64,000 nucleotides of DNA. Origin: Heteronotia binoei (Eukaryota). How positions within the stretch are numbered: the stretch's first letter is position 1; each line of letters starts with the position of its first letter. The stretch spans positions 122,388,001-122,452,000 of the forward strand of contig NC_083228.1 in the NCBI RefSeq assembly GCF_032191835.1, read 5' to 3'. Positions 12,425 to 22,995 of this stretch are shown piece after piece. Below the pieces are notes generated by a model. The model worked only from the letters and a program-made list of their open reading frames with translations, did no database searches and was not told the origin of the DNA. The position numbers were made by a program, and so were the translations under genes.

Positions 12425-14050
12425 CTGCATGGGGAGAAGAAAAAAAGATAAATTAGTGTTCATATCCTTAAGGGTATTACAATCCTACAGACAATATGCA
12501 TGTTTTCAGATGAACAGAAAGAACTATGGCTACCCAGTATTTGACAAAACCAGACGTCATCTTTACAAACAGTGATCTCTGGTATATATGATATGATGAC
12601 TAGTTTTTAATCAAAAAACACCTACAGTTAAGGAAATGAAACCATGTTTACTTTGACAGGGCTGTACATGCTAAAAATAAATACCAAGGCTTTCTATTAC
12701 GGTAACACACATGCTGCACTCTAAAAAGAAAAACAGTGTAGCTTGTCTAAATTAAGAGAAGATTTGCATGTTCATTAAAAAAAGCACACAAGCTATGCCA
12801 CTTCTACCAGTGAAAGATATGCAGCTATGCAAGGCACCAAAGCTCCAGACTTGAGCATTGAAAGCTATGCCCTGTCTCTCATTAGGCTTTCAAAATTACC
12901 AAAGACATTCCAACCCATCTTCAGAGTCATAAGAATGTGAAACTCAAGTTTAAAAATGGGGAAAAAATGAAATCTGAGATGGACAACAAACCAAATTCTA
13001 CATCCATGCCCAAATTCCATGCTTGTATAGAATCACAGGAAGACACCAACCCTGGATATCTCTCTTATCTAAGTTATCTTCGTATTAATTTAAAATGTCT
13101 TGTTGAACTAATGCACAATACATTTGTAAGCTACTTCGTATGCCCCTCAGAAGGCAGAAAGCAGAACAGGAGTTTGGGGGGAAAAATTAAAAAACATTTA
13201 TTTCCCAATTTAGGGAATGCTCATTTTGACAAAGTTTGAGAACCCTTGTTTTTGCATTTAAATATTTTACCCCCTGAAGTCAAGAATGGTAAATATTGAA
13301 GTAATATCTGAAAGTCTCTATGGTGGGGTCTTTCATACGGGAGATTATAATCAACAAGCACATATATTCCCGCTGCCACTTCAAACTGCTTCTTCTCCAA
13401 CCCAAGGCTCAAAATTCTTGCTTGCAACCCACAATTCTGTTCTATTAGTGCCTTTGCATGCTCTCTCCTGGAGTGCTAGATAAGACAACATCAGGGGAAG
13501 GCCTTGGCTTCTATGCCTTGTTACTGGCTGTCCAAAGGAACTAGTTGGCAATTGTGTGAGACAAGATGCTGAATTACATGGACCACTGGTCTGATCCAGC
13601 AGGGCTCTTCTCATGTTCTTATGAAATATTTCATGTCCTGAGTTTTGAAGTTGAGAGGCAAATCAACATATCTAATTATCAACATGGCCAAATATGTGGA
13701 TATTTAAATTTGGAGATTGCGGCCATGAACAAATTGTTCTACAAATCTTTTAAAAAATCTGAAATCTTAAAAAGAAAACCATGAGGTGGTGGTGGTGGTT
13801 TAAACCTCCCCAAAATAAAAGAAGCAGCACCTATAGCTTTAAGAAATGTATGCCCTCAGTAGATGTTGGTAGGCTGCCACAACAATATTTATAGCCTTCA
13901 AGCCTTTTTAGGGCTATTTTGGCCTTTTGAGGAGGACTCACTGGGGCCAGACCAAACAGCAACCACTGGACAACTTGCTGCCATTTGATTTATATCATTC
14001 ATGCAGAACTGCATGCTTGCTACTGTCAAACAGCATACTCCATATGAAAG

Positions 14051-14275
14051 GCAGTGTGGTATAGTGGTTACTTTCAGAATAGGATCTTGGAACCTGAGGT
14101 TCAAATCACCACTCTGCTATGGAAGCTCACTGGGTGACCTTGAGTAAGTTACACATTCCCAGCATAGCCTAACTCACAGTGTTGTTGTAAGGATAAAATG
14201 GGGGAGAGGAGAATGATGCAAGCTGCCTTGGGTTCCCATTCTGGAGAAAGGTGGGGTATAAATAAAGTAAATAAA
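14051..14275 (+). mobile_element. tRNA-derived SINE (older Squam3-like subfamily)
   Basis: ggcagtgtggtatagtggtt...ggttcaaatc...ggggtataaataaagtaaataaa. Confidence 0.7.
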
Positions 14276-14818
14276 GCATAATTGAAACGGGGGGGGGGGG
14301 GTAGATTAAAGGCAGGTTGGTAGGAAGGACAGAAGTAGGCATGGGAAGGTGAGGATATGTGGGTTGCAAAGGGCAACAGTGTGAGGAGTGGAATGAAGGG
14401 GAAAGCATGGTGATCCCCACAACTCCTTGGGGGTTCCCCACTATGCAGCCTGGTCCAGTGGCCAGCACTATGCATATGGACCATAGTTGGGTAAATGCTA
14501 CTGGAGGAGAAAACGCTGAAGACAGGGGGCCAGATACAGGCAGGTGGACAGGAAGGAGAGAAGGAAGCAGAAGTGGAGAGGCTATGCGGCCTTCAGGAAA
14601 AGGAAAGAGGAAATAGCAGGGGAGGGAAAATGAGATGCCCCCTGCAAGTCTTTGTAGGACCTCTACTTGTGTATCCCGTTTTCATACACCTAGTTCAGAT
14701 GTGCTGAACTAACGAGAAGTGTGCCAAATTGCAGCAGCTGTGCAAATACAGTTTTGATATTTCCATCCTTGACAGCCAAGCACCTTTTTATATTGTACAT
14801 AAACAAGAATATATGAAC

Positions 14819-15580
14819 TGAACTGGCAGAGACTGACCAAGAGAGAGATCTTGGGGTCGTGGTAGATAACTCGCTGAAAATGTCAAGACAGTGTGCGATT
14901 GCAATAAAAAAGGCCAACGCCATGCTGGGAATTATTAGGAAGAGAATTGAAAACAAATCAGCCAGTATCATAATGCCCCTGTATAAATCGATGGTGCGGT
15001 CTCATTTGGAATACTGTGTGCAATTCTGGTCACCGCACCTCAAAAAGAATATTATAGCATTGGAAAAAGTGCAGAAAAGGGCAACTAGAATGATTAAAGG
15101 TTTGGAGCACTTTCCCTATGAAGAAAGGTTAAAACACGTGGGGCTTTTAAGTTTGGAGAAACGTCGACTGCGGGGTGACATGATAGAGGTTTACAAGATA
15201 ATGCATGAGATGGAGAAAGTGGAGAAAGAAGTATTTTTCTCCCTTTCTCACAATACAAGAACTCGTGGGCATTCAATGAAATTGCTGAGGAGTCAGGTTA
15301 AAATGGATAAAAGGAAGTACTTCTTCACCCAAAGGGTGATTAACATGTGGAATTCACTGCCACAGGAGGTGGTGGCGGCTACAAGCATAGACAGCTTCAA
15401 GAGGGGGTTAGATAAAAATATGGAGCAGAAGTCCATCAGTGGCTATTAGCCACAGTGTGTATATATATGTATGTGTGTGTGTGTGTACATATATAATTTT
15501 TTGGGCCACTATGTGACACAGAGTGTTGGACTGGATGGGCCATTGGCCTGATCCAACATGGCTTCTCTTATGTTCTTATG
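14819..15580 (+). mobile_element. 5'-truncated CR1 LINE (C-terminal ORF2 plus 3' UTR ending ttcttatg repeats)
   Basis: ORF 14859-15449 contains [28 protein letters not shown] and YFFTQRVINMWNSLP, all CR1 ORF2 motifs. Confidence 0.93.
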
Positions 15581-15653
15581 CAAGACAATGACTCAAACAA
15601 GTCAAACACATTTTCAGTTAGCATCCTTTTAAAATCTGACCTCACTGTCCTAC

Positions 15654-15894
15654 CTGGTGCTATGAGCTGATGAATACTTGATGTTCGTGTAACAGCTGGA
15701 CTTCGAGGCTCTACAGTTGGGCTGTCTCCTTTTCTTTTACTTTCTAGAGGGTCTGACTGGCTGGCTTTGGTACTGGTTATAGGTTTATTAGGACACATAG
15801 CTAATGCCTGGGTTTGACTGCTGCCTTTCGGGGAGCCATTCTGTGAACTAGACAACACGCCCAACTTCTGGCTGCGGAGTGTCAAATTCTGGAC
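15654..15894 (-). CDS. PHC3: PHC3 coding exon 7 (VQNLTLRSQKLGVLSSSQNG...RTSSIHQLIAP)
   Basis: Acceptor ctttag| at 15895, donor G|gtagga at 15653. 241 nt. Confidence 0.96.
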
Positions 15895-16629
15895 CTAAAG
15901 ATGACAATAGAAAAACATGTTTAAAGATAAAATAAAATCTAATATTCACAAAGACACTCTTCATATGATAAGCAGTGAAGTATTGCAGTAAAATAGCAAG
16001 ATCCATGTTACAGTTGACACCCAACCATAAAGCCTTCTCCGTAAGGTTGAGCTAACTGTGTTCCTTTAGCCTCAGCTGCCTATAAGGTTGTTGTAGCAAA
16101 ACATGGAAAGGGAACTGTCAATCACATGCGCTGCACTGAGGTTTCAGATCAAGGGGAAGATTATAAAATGTAATAAAGGAATACCACAGTCTTATACCAA
16201 AATCAGTGCACACATCGTAAGGTAGTTGTTACACCCAAGACATCATTTCTGCTAAGAGAGCTTTGCTGTATCTGACACTAGCAGTTAACAACAGGTCTAG
16301 AGAAGCAGCATAGAAATTTTCTAAATAAATCAACATGGTGCCAAGTACTGTACCATACTGATTTATGTATAAACTAGAAAAATGCACAGAGATGTGAACA
16401 CTGTCCTAGCTCAGAGACCTTGAAATACATGGATAAGACATGGGAAACAAGTTTTCTCAAGGTCCACTCAAGTCCATCTGTGTCATGCTCACTGATACAG
16501 GTTTGTTCCCACTTTATCTATGGGGACACCCTTTGAACTACCTGTGACTGGAGATTTCTCACCTTCAAGGTTGCCTTCCGGGTTGCAATATACTCAGCAA
16601 AGGGATCCAGTGAATTCTCCTCTCTGCAT

Positions 16630-17060
16630 CAATACTCCCTCTAAGCTGTGGAGTCTTGTGAGCAAAAATTCTACTCTGTGAGCTAAAAAAAGGTAAAGGT
16701 AGTCCCCTGTGCAAGCACCAGTCGTTTTTGACTCTGGGGTGACGTTGCTTTCACAACGTTTTCACGGCAGACTTTTTACGGGGTGGCTTGCCATTGCCTT
16801 CAACCTGAGCCGGCTACCTGAACCAGCTTCCGCTGGGATCGAACTCAGGTTGTGAGCAGAGGGTTCTGACTGCAATACTGCAACTTTACCACTCTGCACC
16901 ACGGGGCTACTTTGTGAGCTACTGGTGTTAAAATTGTGAGCTACTGCCTAAGTTAGTTTGCTCTGAGGCCATTTTTCTTAAGCTAAATCAAAAATGTGTG
17001 AGCCAGAGGCTAAAAACACTGTGAGCTACCTCACACTTACTCAGCTTAGAGGGAACACTG
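16630..17060. mobile_element. hAT-type MITE interrupted by a Sauria SINE
   Basis: TIRs caatactccctctaagctg / cagcttagagggaacactg (16/19). 8-bp TSD CTCTGCAT on both sides. Subterminal tgtgagct repeats. Confidence 0.85.
16685..16906 (-). mobile_element. Sauria-type (Squam1-like) SINE nested in the MITE
   Basis: RTE-type 3' end aaaggtaaaggtagtcccctg. Near-perfect 14-bp TSD ctact(c/t)tgtgagct at 16671-16684 and 16907-16920. Confidence 0.8.
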
Positions 17061-18296
17061 CTCTGCATGCATTCCCTCCTTATTTGCAACTCCACAGGGG
17101 GTAAGCAGTACTGTTTTTCATATAATCAGCCAAGGGATCCTTCTCCCTCAACTCTGCAGAGAATCCATGGGGTCAAGCCTTTAACTTTCACAAGGCACTA
17201 TGCCTTAGATATCAAAGCCAAAACAGATGTGTTCAACACCGTCTACTCATAACTGCACTGTACTAATCTCCAGGTACTAATCTCTGAGCTTGCGGAGAGG
17301 GCGGGATAGAAATTTAAGGTAAAAAAAAATTAAAAACCAGGTAGGTCAGCATACTAATCTTGCACTGTGTGATGTACATAGGCTATGAAGAAGAAAAAGA
17401 GGCTGTTTAAAACTTCTTTTATAGTCACATGCACCCTCCTTCCCTACAATAGGTGCTTTTACGTCGCTATGGTGCTTTCTTTTTGGGAATTGAGCAGGAA
17501 GACATAACTCCTCCCCCATGAGCATGCACAGCTGAGACTGTGCCACCAAGAAGAATTTTTGTGTGTGCCTAAAAACTAGCTGCAGAGGTTCGCAAATCAA
17601 AGCTCTGCACGGGTGCAAAGGCCGTGTGATACACAGTCAGAGATTACAAAGGAGCCAAAGAATTTGGGGGCCCTCTGCTGGCAAAAGAACACAAATTAAA
17701 AAAACTAAGGAAGAAGCACAGAGTATGGAACATTTGTTTGGATCCAGCCAAGATGAAGCACAATAATTATCTTTTTGAAATGTCAGAGTCATGGAAATAA
17801 AAAAGCAAGGATGCTAAAAGATTTCATAGCAGATGCAAAACTGAATACAGTGTAATCCAAAGTTGATTCACCCTTCTAGTCTACTTAAATAAAGCAGCAA
17901 CTCTGTTTAGAATTGCACATTGTCTTGGAGCATGGCACAGATGAGTTTCTTGGACACTTTGGCTCAAGGAAGTTCTGTATATGCTCTTCAGCCTTTCTTT
18001 CTCTGTGTGTTATTCCCAACCAAAGAGAAAGGTGGTGCTCTTAACAGGGTATCGCATCTACCTGACCAACATGATTCAGTGTAGCTTACTGTGAAAACTA
18101 AGTCACAGAGCACTAAAAACTGATGGACAGATTGAAGCAGCCCACTCATACATATACCGCTCGCGTGCTGGGGAGCACCATGCATCAACAAAAGCAACTA
18201 AAAACACTGCATGCATGAAGCTATGCTGAGGAGAGAAGGCCAATGAAATCTTACTCTCTGAACCTCCAAGGTAATATCTAAGTCATAAGGGTCTAT

Positions 18297-18490
18297 TTGT
18301 TTATTTCATTGATATCCTACCTTTCTCCCCAGTGTAGACCCAAAGTGGCTTCTCAGCAGTCTCTCCTCCTCCATTTTATTTATATTAGGCTCAGAGTGTA
18401 TGGCTGGGCCAAGATCACTCAGCAAGCTTCCAAGAAAGAGTGAGAATTTGCACTGATCCTAGCCTGACACTGTAACCACTACACTATTCT
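18297..18490 (-). mobile_element. tRNA-derived SINE (older Squam3-like)
   Basis: taaccactacact head on the minus strand and tttatttcatt tail. Confidence 0.6.
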
Positions 18491-20586
18491 AGCTCTGTTA
18501 ATGTAGTTGTCACCAGCATGCTGATGACACTCAGCTATATATTTAAATAAACCACCACTCTGTCCCAGCCCAGTGTCTCAGTGCCGCGGTCAAGTAGCAG
18601 GGGAGAGAACAAACAGAAACCGCATCCAAATAAAACAAAGGTGATGCTGGTTGAAAGACCCATTGATCAAAATGGACTGTTCTTTCTACCACTTCAGGGT
18701 GCAGCTTTTGCTGAAAAATGCTGTTAAGAGTTTCCCCTCCCAAGCTACATTTAAGTAAGGAAGAAGGTTCCCTCTTTGCTGTTGCCTGAAGGCCTCCTGA
18801 TCCATGCATCAGTGACCTCAGGGCTACATTACTGTAACATACTCTGCATGGGGCTGCCGTTGAAAATTACAGCTGGTGTGAAAGCAATAGCCCATGTATT
18901 ATTGAGGCTAGCCAGTGGGACGGTATCACTTCTGTTCTGAGCTCTCTTAACTGGCTGCAACTAATTTCCAGGCCCAATTCAAAGTGCTACGCTTACCTTT
19001 TAAGCATTTAATGACCTGAGGCCCGTGTGGCTGAAGGATTGTCTCTCCTGGCACATTCTCATATGGCAGCTTTAGTCTTCTCAACAAGATCTATTGTCAG
19101 CACCTCTTTTGTCTAAGGCCCATTCTGCAGTTGTTCAGGCTTGGGCTTTTTCAATGGCTGCCTCATGTCTGTAGAACAGCTGCCTGGAAGAGGTCACGGG
19201 GACTCCTACTCTTCTGGCTTTCAAATGAGACTATAAAATTTAATCTGGAGAGCTTGTGGAGGCAGCTTGAACCTGAGAAAAATGGAGGAATACCCTCCTT
19301 TGCGGACATGCGGTGTTGCTAGGTGGTTTCTCAATTTTAAATCTCAGTATCTGACAGATTCTTTTTATATTGGCGTTACTTGCCTTTGGTCCTGATATGC
19401 TCAGGCGAAAAGTGGGTACATAAATAAGATTATCTATCATCTCCAGAACCACCAAACAGAATAGCGCACTAAAAGAAGCCTTAAGGGCATATAACCTAGT
19501 TCACAGGAGATCCTAAGATCTCACTTGCCTTCCCCACAGCTCACTCTATACTTGAGACAACTCAATAGGAGGCTATCAAGCCAAGATGGCTGGGGATACA
19601 CAGACAGCAGCTGCTCCACAACTATGGAATTTCACTGCACTCGGAAACAAGCAAAATCTAAAGACAAAACAGTTCTGCCTAGGCTTCTTGTCCATGTATG
19701 TGTGTATATGTCAAAACATTATGAAGTTAGGGGGTAGGGCTTTGTTTGTACTGAGATACATTGGGATGGATGCATCCAGCTTCTCACTCAATCCCACCCA
19801 ATTCCTTTATTTATAACAGCACCTGCTCAACATGGCTTTGATCCATGCAGTTCCCACAATCCCCCAGCACTGCCTTGTTGTTGTTAAAAGAAATCCCTCC
19901 TTCCCTTTTCTCCTGCTGAAATGTTGATTGGGTCCAACTCATTGTGTTTTTAGTGGTTTTAATTTAGCTTCACATAATCCATATTTATTTAAATCCAGGG
20001 AGCACAGCAGGCTACAACATGGAGGAGGCAGGGAGGTTTCATCCAGTAAATGCCAGCAGGTTTGTGGTGCACAGGGTCACTTCCAGTAGATATCTTTTTA
20101 AATAGGTAACAATAAAAACAAAGAAAATGAAACTAAAGGTAAACTGGATAAAAAGACAAAATGGAATAGGATACACAATGATAGTAACAGAAAAAAGGCA
20201 CCAAGTAAAAGTGGCAAATTCAATTTTTTGTTGGGGAGGGTCATATTAAGGTTTCTTTGTGAGGTCACCAGAAGGCCTGAGAACCTACACAAAAGTATTT
20301 TAAAATATCCCCCTGCTAAATATTTGAAATCTGTGGAATACTAAGTTTTATGCAATTGCAATAAAACATTCATTTGTAAGAAAATGAAGCTTAGCACGGA
20401 TAAATGCTTCCTTGATGTTCTGAAATTGATGGATATTTAGGAACCAAAATTATGGACTCATATGTCTTTCAGCTTTCAATCTTTTGGGTATACTTTTAAT
20501 ATGGGATTAAGCAATGGGAAATACAAAGTAAAGTTTAGTCAACCATGGTTAAGCATCACTGGCTGGTGGATGATACTGATGCTTTA

Positions 20587-20700
20587 TGATGTCACTGATG
20601 TCATGGAAACCATGTGTGCACACAAATGAAAATGCCATCTGCTAGTACAAGAGCATGGAAAGCTGAGAGAGGAGGCAACATCTTGAGTGGGGCAGGGTCA
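20587..20700 (+). promoter_or_regulatory. Conserved promoter/5' leader block of AKAP4-like copy 1
   Basis: 101/114 identical with no indels to 36372-36485. TGATGTCA occurs twice (20587, 20596). X-box-like GATGTCATGGAAAC at 20597-20610. Confidence 0.7.
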
Positions 20701-20762
20701 GTAAAAACTGAAACAAGAGCGCTCCACGACCCGGGGTTCAATTCTGGTTTCGGACACCTAGT

Positions 20763-22838
20763 ATGGCTCAGGAGATCGACTGGCTAAGTAGTCAAGCCGG
20801 TCTCAGCAAAGTTGATATCTACAGCGCAGAAAATCAGAAGGATCAAGATCGTAAAGTCATCTGCTTTGTTGATGTCTCCAGCCTTAACGTGAAAGACCAG
20901 AAAAGCAAGAGAGCTAACATTGCTGCCCCTTCCCCTGACCTTGACCTGAGTAATCTTGAAGAGAAAGAAGTAATTGTAATAAAGGATAAAGAGCGAAACA
21001 ACCACTCCAACACTGAAGGAGCAGTTTGCCTTTTCAAGCAAGGCTCCTCTGAAGAAGTTAACGTTGTCAGCTGGCTCAGCAACGACCTTCAGAAATACGC
21101 AGTTGGATTCCAGCATGCACTAACCCCCTCAGGGCACCGTAAACCTTCTTACGATTCCTCTGCAGTTGACAGGATGTCCCAAGGCAGCAACACATCATTC
21201 AGGGGCTCTGGTAGCCAAAGAGGAGATGACCTCTCCTATTATGTTAACAAGCTGTGTTCCTTAGTGGTTCAAATGGCACATAAAGAAATGAAGGATAAAC
21301 TTGAGAGTGGTAGATGCATTCGCCAGTCAATTAATTCTCGTGGATCTCCAAGCAAGATTTCATCCAGTGAAGATTATGGTAAGTTATCCCCAAAGACATC
21401 TCATCATGACCCCGGGAAGGCTTCACTCTTTTATGGAGAGATGTCTAATCAATCTAACGCGAATGCCTACAGACAGGGACAAGATGGACAGATGTGTCAA
21501 AGGAAACAGTCTGGACAATCAGATGATGGTTCTGTAAGCAAAGGGCTGATGGTATATGCAAACCAGGTTGCTTCAGATATGATGTTCTCATTCATGAAGA
21601 CCATGAAAGTTCAGAAAGGTAAGCACCCTCCACCAGCTTGTGTAGTCTTAAAGAAGGTACTCCTCAAACACACCAGAGATGTCATATCTGACTTAATTGA
21701 CTCCACCATGAAAAATCTTCACAACGTCACCGGAGTACTCATGACAGACTCAGACTTCGTTAATACAGTGAAGAAGAACCTTTTCAATGCGGGAACCCAG
21801 AAGTCAACTGAGATTTTGGAAGCAATGGTGAAACGCTTATTTAAAGCACTGGCAGGGGATGATAAGCACAAATCTCAAAGCCTTGCATTTGCAGCACTGA
21901 AGGCAGGTGCTCATTCAGACTCCAGATCTCAGGGACTCCAATTTGCATCGCTTAAAGGTGAACTGCACGGCCCAGGGAGGGACAGGGGTGGACAAATGAG
22001 ATCTCATCAAAGTGGAAGCAAAGGCTCAGACAAGCACTGCTCAATGGATGTGTACGCGAAGGACCTTATTGTAACAGCATTAATGTTAATTCAGCAACAC
22101 CTCCTAGAAAAAAACAAGGACCAAGGTCACCACCGTGAGACCAACACCACATCATTTGGCTATGTTCATGACAGGTCTGGTGGTGGTTCCAAACACAGTC
22201 AAAAACATGGCAGCGGGAAGCATGATGCTCATCTTGAATCACAAAAAGGTGATATATCAAGTATTCTCTTGTCAATCATCCAGAAAGTACTGAGAGAAGC
22301 TGGTTTCAGTTCAGACGAAGGATCCCCTGACAGGGGCTATAAACAGCCTTCTTTTACTGACAGCAGACAACATAAGGCCATATCAAAATCAAGCCCCGAG
22401 ATGTATGACAACATGGAACAAATAAACAAACAGTTTATTGATCAGCTGGTGGAATCCGTGATGAAGCTGTGCATGTTGATGGCTAATGGCAGCGACTTTG
22501 ATGGAAGACATGGCGGAAGACACCTAGGTTCAACAGGCTCTGAAGTGATTGTGAACAACCAGAATTCCAACAACAGTTCTCAGAACAGAGAGCTGCAAGC
22601 TGTGCTCCAGTGGTTGGTTGCTTCACAGTTCAACGTGCCCAATCTGACATTCATGAACGAGCAAGATGGTGACTTGGCCAGGCTTCCTCAGCTGGCTGAC
22701 AAAGCAGCCAAAAAAGGCTACAGCGTAGGAGATATTGTTCAGGAGGTGATGCGGTACTACGAGAAACAACAGATGGATGCCATGTCAGGGCAAATGCCTC
22801 GGTGTGGACTGGTCGATTGGCTCCTTGCTAACCTGTAA
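20763..22838 (+). CDS. AKAP4: Intronless AKAP4-like A-kinase anchoring protein, copy 1 (691 aa; AKAP3/AKAP4 family), nested antisense in PHC3 intron 6
   Basis: Single ORF with AKAP4 motifs: IDWL, DQDRKVICFVDV, TEGAVCLFKQ, DDLSYYVNKLCSLVVQMA, KGLMVYANQVASDMM, DLIDSTMKNLHNVTGVLMTDSDFV, LQAVLQWLVASQFNVP, C-terminal LVDWLLANL. AATAAA lies downstream. Strict orthology to AKAP4 is untested. Confidence 0.9.
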   Translation: MAQEIDWLSSQAGLSKVDIYSAENQKDQDRKVICFVDVSSLNVKDQKSKRANIAAPSPDLDLSNLEEKEVIVIKDKERNNHSNTEGAVCLFKQGSSEEVNVVSWLSNDLQKYAVGFQHALTPSGHRKPSYDSSAVDRMSQGSNTSFRGSGSQRGDDLSYYVNKLCSLVVQMAHKEMKDKLESGRCIRQSINSRGSPSKISSSEDYGKLSPKTSHHDPGKASLFYGEMSNQSNANAYRQGQDGQMCQRKQSGQSDDGSVSKGLMVYANQVASDMMFSFMKTMKVQKGKHPPPACVVLKKVLLKHTRDVISDLIDSTMKNLHNVTGVLMTDSDFVNTVKKNLFNAGTQKSTEILEAMVKRLFKALAGDDKHKSQSLAFAALKAGAHSDSRSQGLQFASLKGELHGPGRDRGGQMRSHQSGSKGSDKHCSMDVYAKDLIVTALMLIQQHLLEKNKDQGHHRETNTTSFGYVHDRSGGGSKHSQKHGSGKHDAHLESQKGDISSILLSIIQKVLREAGFSSDEGSPDRGYKQPSFTDSRQHKAISKSSPEMYDNMEQINKQFIDQLVESVMKLCMLMANGSDFDGRHGGRHLGSTGSEVIVNNQNSNNSSQNRELQAVLQWLVASQFNVPNLTFMNEQDGDLARLPQLADKAAKKGYSVGDIVQEVMRYYEKQQMDAMSGQMPRCGLVDWLLANL

Positions 22839-22989
22839 GAACCAACTCTTCCCTCTCCTGTTACTTGGTGCCCAGCTCAAGCGCCTAAACCATTTCTTCC
22901 TGGCGCAGTAGACAACCACCACCACCCCCATTGCAAGCAACAACTCATTGACTTGAACTGATTAAACTGGGTGGCTGGGCAAGCTCATC

Positions 22990-22995
22990 AATAAA
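22990..22995 (+). terminator. Polyadenylation signal of AKAP4-like copy 1
   Basis: AATAAA about 150 nt after the stop, in a context (ctgggcaagctcatcAATAAA) shared with copy 2 and followed by an A-rich run. Confidence 0.7.
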
